Positions 63,601 to 64,000 of a DNA stretch of 64,000 nucleotides are shown one piece after another. The translations under genes and the position numbers were made by a program. The DNA lies in NCBI GenBank assembly GCA_964187785.1, contig OZ076420.1, positions 23,622,001 to 23,686,000 of the forward strand. Direction: 5' to 3'. Source of the DNA: Amphiscolops sp. MND2022 (lineage: Eukaryota). The notes beneath the pieces are model-generated. The model did not search any database, had not been told where the DNA came from, and saw only the letters and a program-made list of their open reading frames with translations. The first letter of the stretch is position 1; each line of letters starts with the position of its first letter.

Positions 63601-64000
63601 TGGTGACAGGAGTCCTCAATGACACCACAAATCAACCCACAAAAAGGCCGAAACAACAAAGTGCATCTAGCGAACAAGCCGCAGACCTTCCCATCCTCCA
63701 ATCTCCGTTCGATGCCGAAAGCACTAACTGCTTCGCTTCCTGTCTTTGATGGTAAGTCCGAAAAGTTTGAACTTTTTGGAGACCTATTCCGAAATAAAAT
63801 CAAAATGTACCCACATCTCACGGAGATCCAAAAAAAATACCTCCGCTCACTGCTACGAGGGAACGCACTACAAGCGTATTGTAACCTTGATGACACCAGA
63901 AAAGACAATTTAGAAGAAGTCATAACGGCATTCAAACGTCGTTTCGGAGATTTTCAATCCTCTGCAAAGACTAGATGTGAGTGGGACACGCTGCATTTTG
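63286..64000 (+). mobile_element. gag: Start of Gypsy element E4 (E2 family): LTR end at 63600, PBS at 63601, frameshifted gag running off the window
   Basis: SRNMVTGV junction as in E2; LPVFDGKSEKFELF.DLFRN.IKMYPHLTEIQ. Confidence 0.85.

Overview
AT-rich eukaryotic (probably invertebrate) repeat-dense DNA with no intact host gene. It is dominated by four Ty3/Gypsy LTR retrotransposon copies from two families. E1 (3712-18917) is young and complete, with 1693-bp near-identical LTRs and a CACGT target-site duplication, inserted into an old CR1/L2-like LINE. E2 (38214 to about 51600) is degenerate and has no 3' LTR. E3 is a truncated relative of E1, and E4 is a relative of E2 whose LTR end forms a 315-bp-arm hairpin. 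The window also holds a decayed Maverick/Polinton polB region, several MITE-like repeats and a GC-rich, virus-like coding island. Main finding: E1 and E2, although from divergent families, each carry downstream of pol a homologous ANTISENSE, multi-exon gene with canonical GT-AG introns at shared positions and phases (an 82-nt exon in both). Its product looks like a hAT-transposase derivative with a BED-type zinc finger and no recognisable catalytic residues. The elements also carry family-specific arrays of short CpG-containing motifs in their non-coding parts, start gag inside the LTR and read it through the primer-binding site. All protein family assignments are from motif recognition by eye, not database searches.
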